From NCBI GenBank assembly GCA_047967505.1, contig CM106538.1: a stretch of DNA of 64,000 nucleotides; one strand, 5' to 3'. Within the stretch, counting starts at the first letter, position 1, and each line of letters starts with the position of its first letter. Below, piece by piece: positions 62,543 to 64,000 of the stretch. A program made the position numbers and the translations under genes. The notes below the pieces were generated by a model that saw nothing but the letters and a program-made list of their open reading frames with translations, was not told the DNA's origin and did not search any database. Source of the stretch: Dipteris shenzhenensis (Eukaryota).

Positions 62543-64000
62543 TGAAGAGGGGAGAGGAGAAGAGTGGAGATGAGGAGAGAGGGAACAGCTAGAGAGCACA
62601 CCACAAATGACTAACTGTACACTAGATTTAGTTGAAAAAATAGAATATATACAAACCCTTTTAGGGTTAGGGTTAGGGGATCTAACTCTTTCCTTTATAG
62701 CACTCTATAAGGTTAGTGCTATGCACATATGATCACGTGATGGTGCTATGCACACATGATCACATGATGTTGAGCGTGAGTTCTCAACACCTTCCCTCAA
62801 GATCAACATCATGAAGTAGGCCTTCCCTTAAGATGATGATTCTGGGGAATCGAAGAAGGACTGAGCATTACATTCCATCACACCCCTTTAATGGGAATGT
62901 CCTTCCTCTGCATCAAACCAAGAGCTAGTCGGTGTTTCTCCAATAGCTCTTTACCAAGTGGTTTGGTAAAGATGTCTGTAACATTTTCTTTGCTATCACA
63001 ATGCTGCAGTGTGATGTCACCAAGTAACACTCTTTCTCTGATGAAGTGCTCTCTGACATCAATGTGCTTTGTCCTGGAGTGATATACTAGATTTTTGGCC
63101 AATGCTTGAGCCGATTGATTATCACAGTATATTGTTGTTGACTTGACAATAGTCTTCTAAGCCATATAGCCTCACATGCACCTGTAGTGAGTGCTTTATA
63201 TTCTGCTTCAGTCGAAGACAAAGAAACAGTTGGCTGTTTGTTTGACAACCATGATATAGCACCTTGACCAAGGAAAAACGCATATCCCTGTGTCGATCTC
63301 CTGGTCTCATGATCTCTGGCATAGTCACTATCACAGTATCCATGCAACCATGGATGACTTCCTATGTATTCTATCCCAAGCTGTCTTGTACCTCTAATGT
63401 ATCTCAAGATTATTTTGGTTGCATTCCAATGAGAGTGTTTTGGATTTGCCATAAACTATGCTAGTGAGCTTACTGCATAACAAATATCTGGCCGTGTGAT
63501 TGTCAGATATATAAGAGATCCAATGAGCTGCCTATAGTATCTGTCATTGACTGTAGGCTTTTCTGAATCTTTAGTAAGTTTCAAACTCTGTTCTATGGGA
63601 GTGGCTACAATCTTGCAATCTGTCATATGAAACTTCTTCAAAAGACTGTCAACATACTTGAGGTGACTCATGAATGTGCTATCTGAATCTCTCCAGAACT
63701 CAATTCCAAGACAATAGTGCATAAGTCCAATATCTTTCATGTCAAACTCTGCAGATAAGTCTTGTTTCAATTTTCTAATGAAGCTATCCTTGCTTCCTGT
63801 CACAATCAGATCATCTATGTACAAAAGTGCAATAGTAATGTCTTCCCCTTGAACTTTGTAGTAGAGAGTATGATCTGCATTGGATTTCATGTATCCCAGA
63901 TCAGCAAAATACTTGTCAATTCTGCTGTATCAACTTCTGGGTGCTTGCTTTAAGCCGTAGAGACTTTTCTTGAGATGGCAAACCTTTTTCTCCTTTCTTG
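62543..64000 (-). mobile_element. 3' part of a different copia element (family C): RT-RNaseH, PPT, 3' LTR
   Basis: LYIDDLIV, TRPDICY, GYCDSD, SSTEAEY and HSRTKHID motifs. PPT gagggaagg, then an LTR starting TGTTGAG at 62789. Distal LTR end (~62543) is uncertain. Confidence 0.85.

Overview
This is plant-type, fully repetitive DNA with no recognisable host gene or RNA gene. A large-genome land plant such as a fern is my guess from element style only. The core is a nested stack that can be resolved from its junctions. A Ty1/copia element (family A, 10770-42804, TSD GTTAC) is split inside RT by a 26.5-kb DNA transposon (15125-41588) with perfect 26-bp TIRs and a 4-bp TSD (TATG). That transposon is about 13 kb without later insertions. 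It carries a ~890-codon Sola-like DDD transposase frame, a spliced gene with two tandem Ulp1/C48 protease domains, a GC-rich hairpin/G-run array and a ~181-bp satellite with dyad-symmetric monomers. Two more family A copies inserted into the satellite, and one of them contains a further family A copy and two gag-only (TR-GAG-like) elements. The flanks hold decayed Ty3/gypsy elements (one with a solo LTR and an inverted protease segment), a CACTA transposase remnant, a ~2-kb tandem triplication and another copia RT/RNaseH running off the window end. The TIR element and its cargo are the most interesting candidate system.
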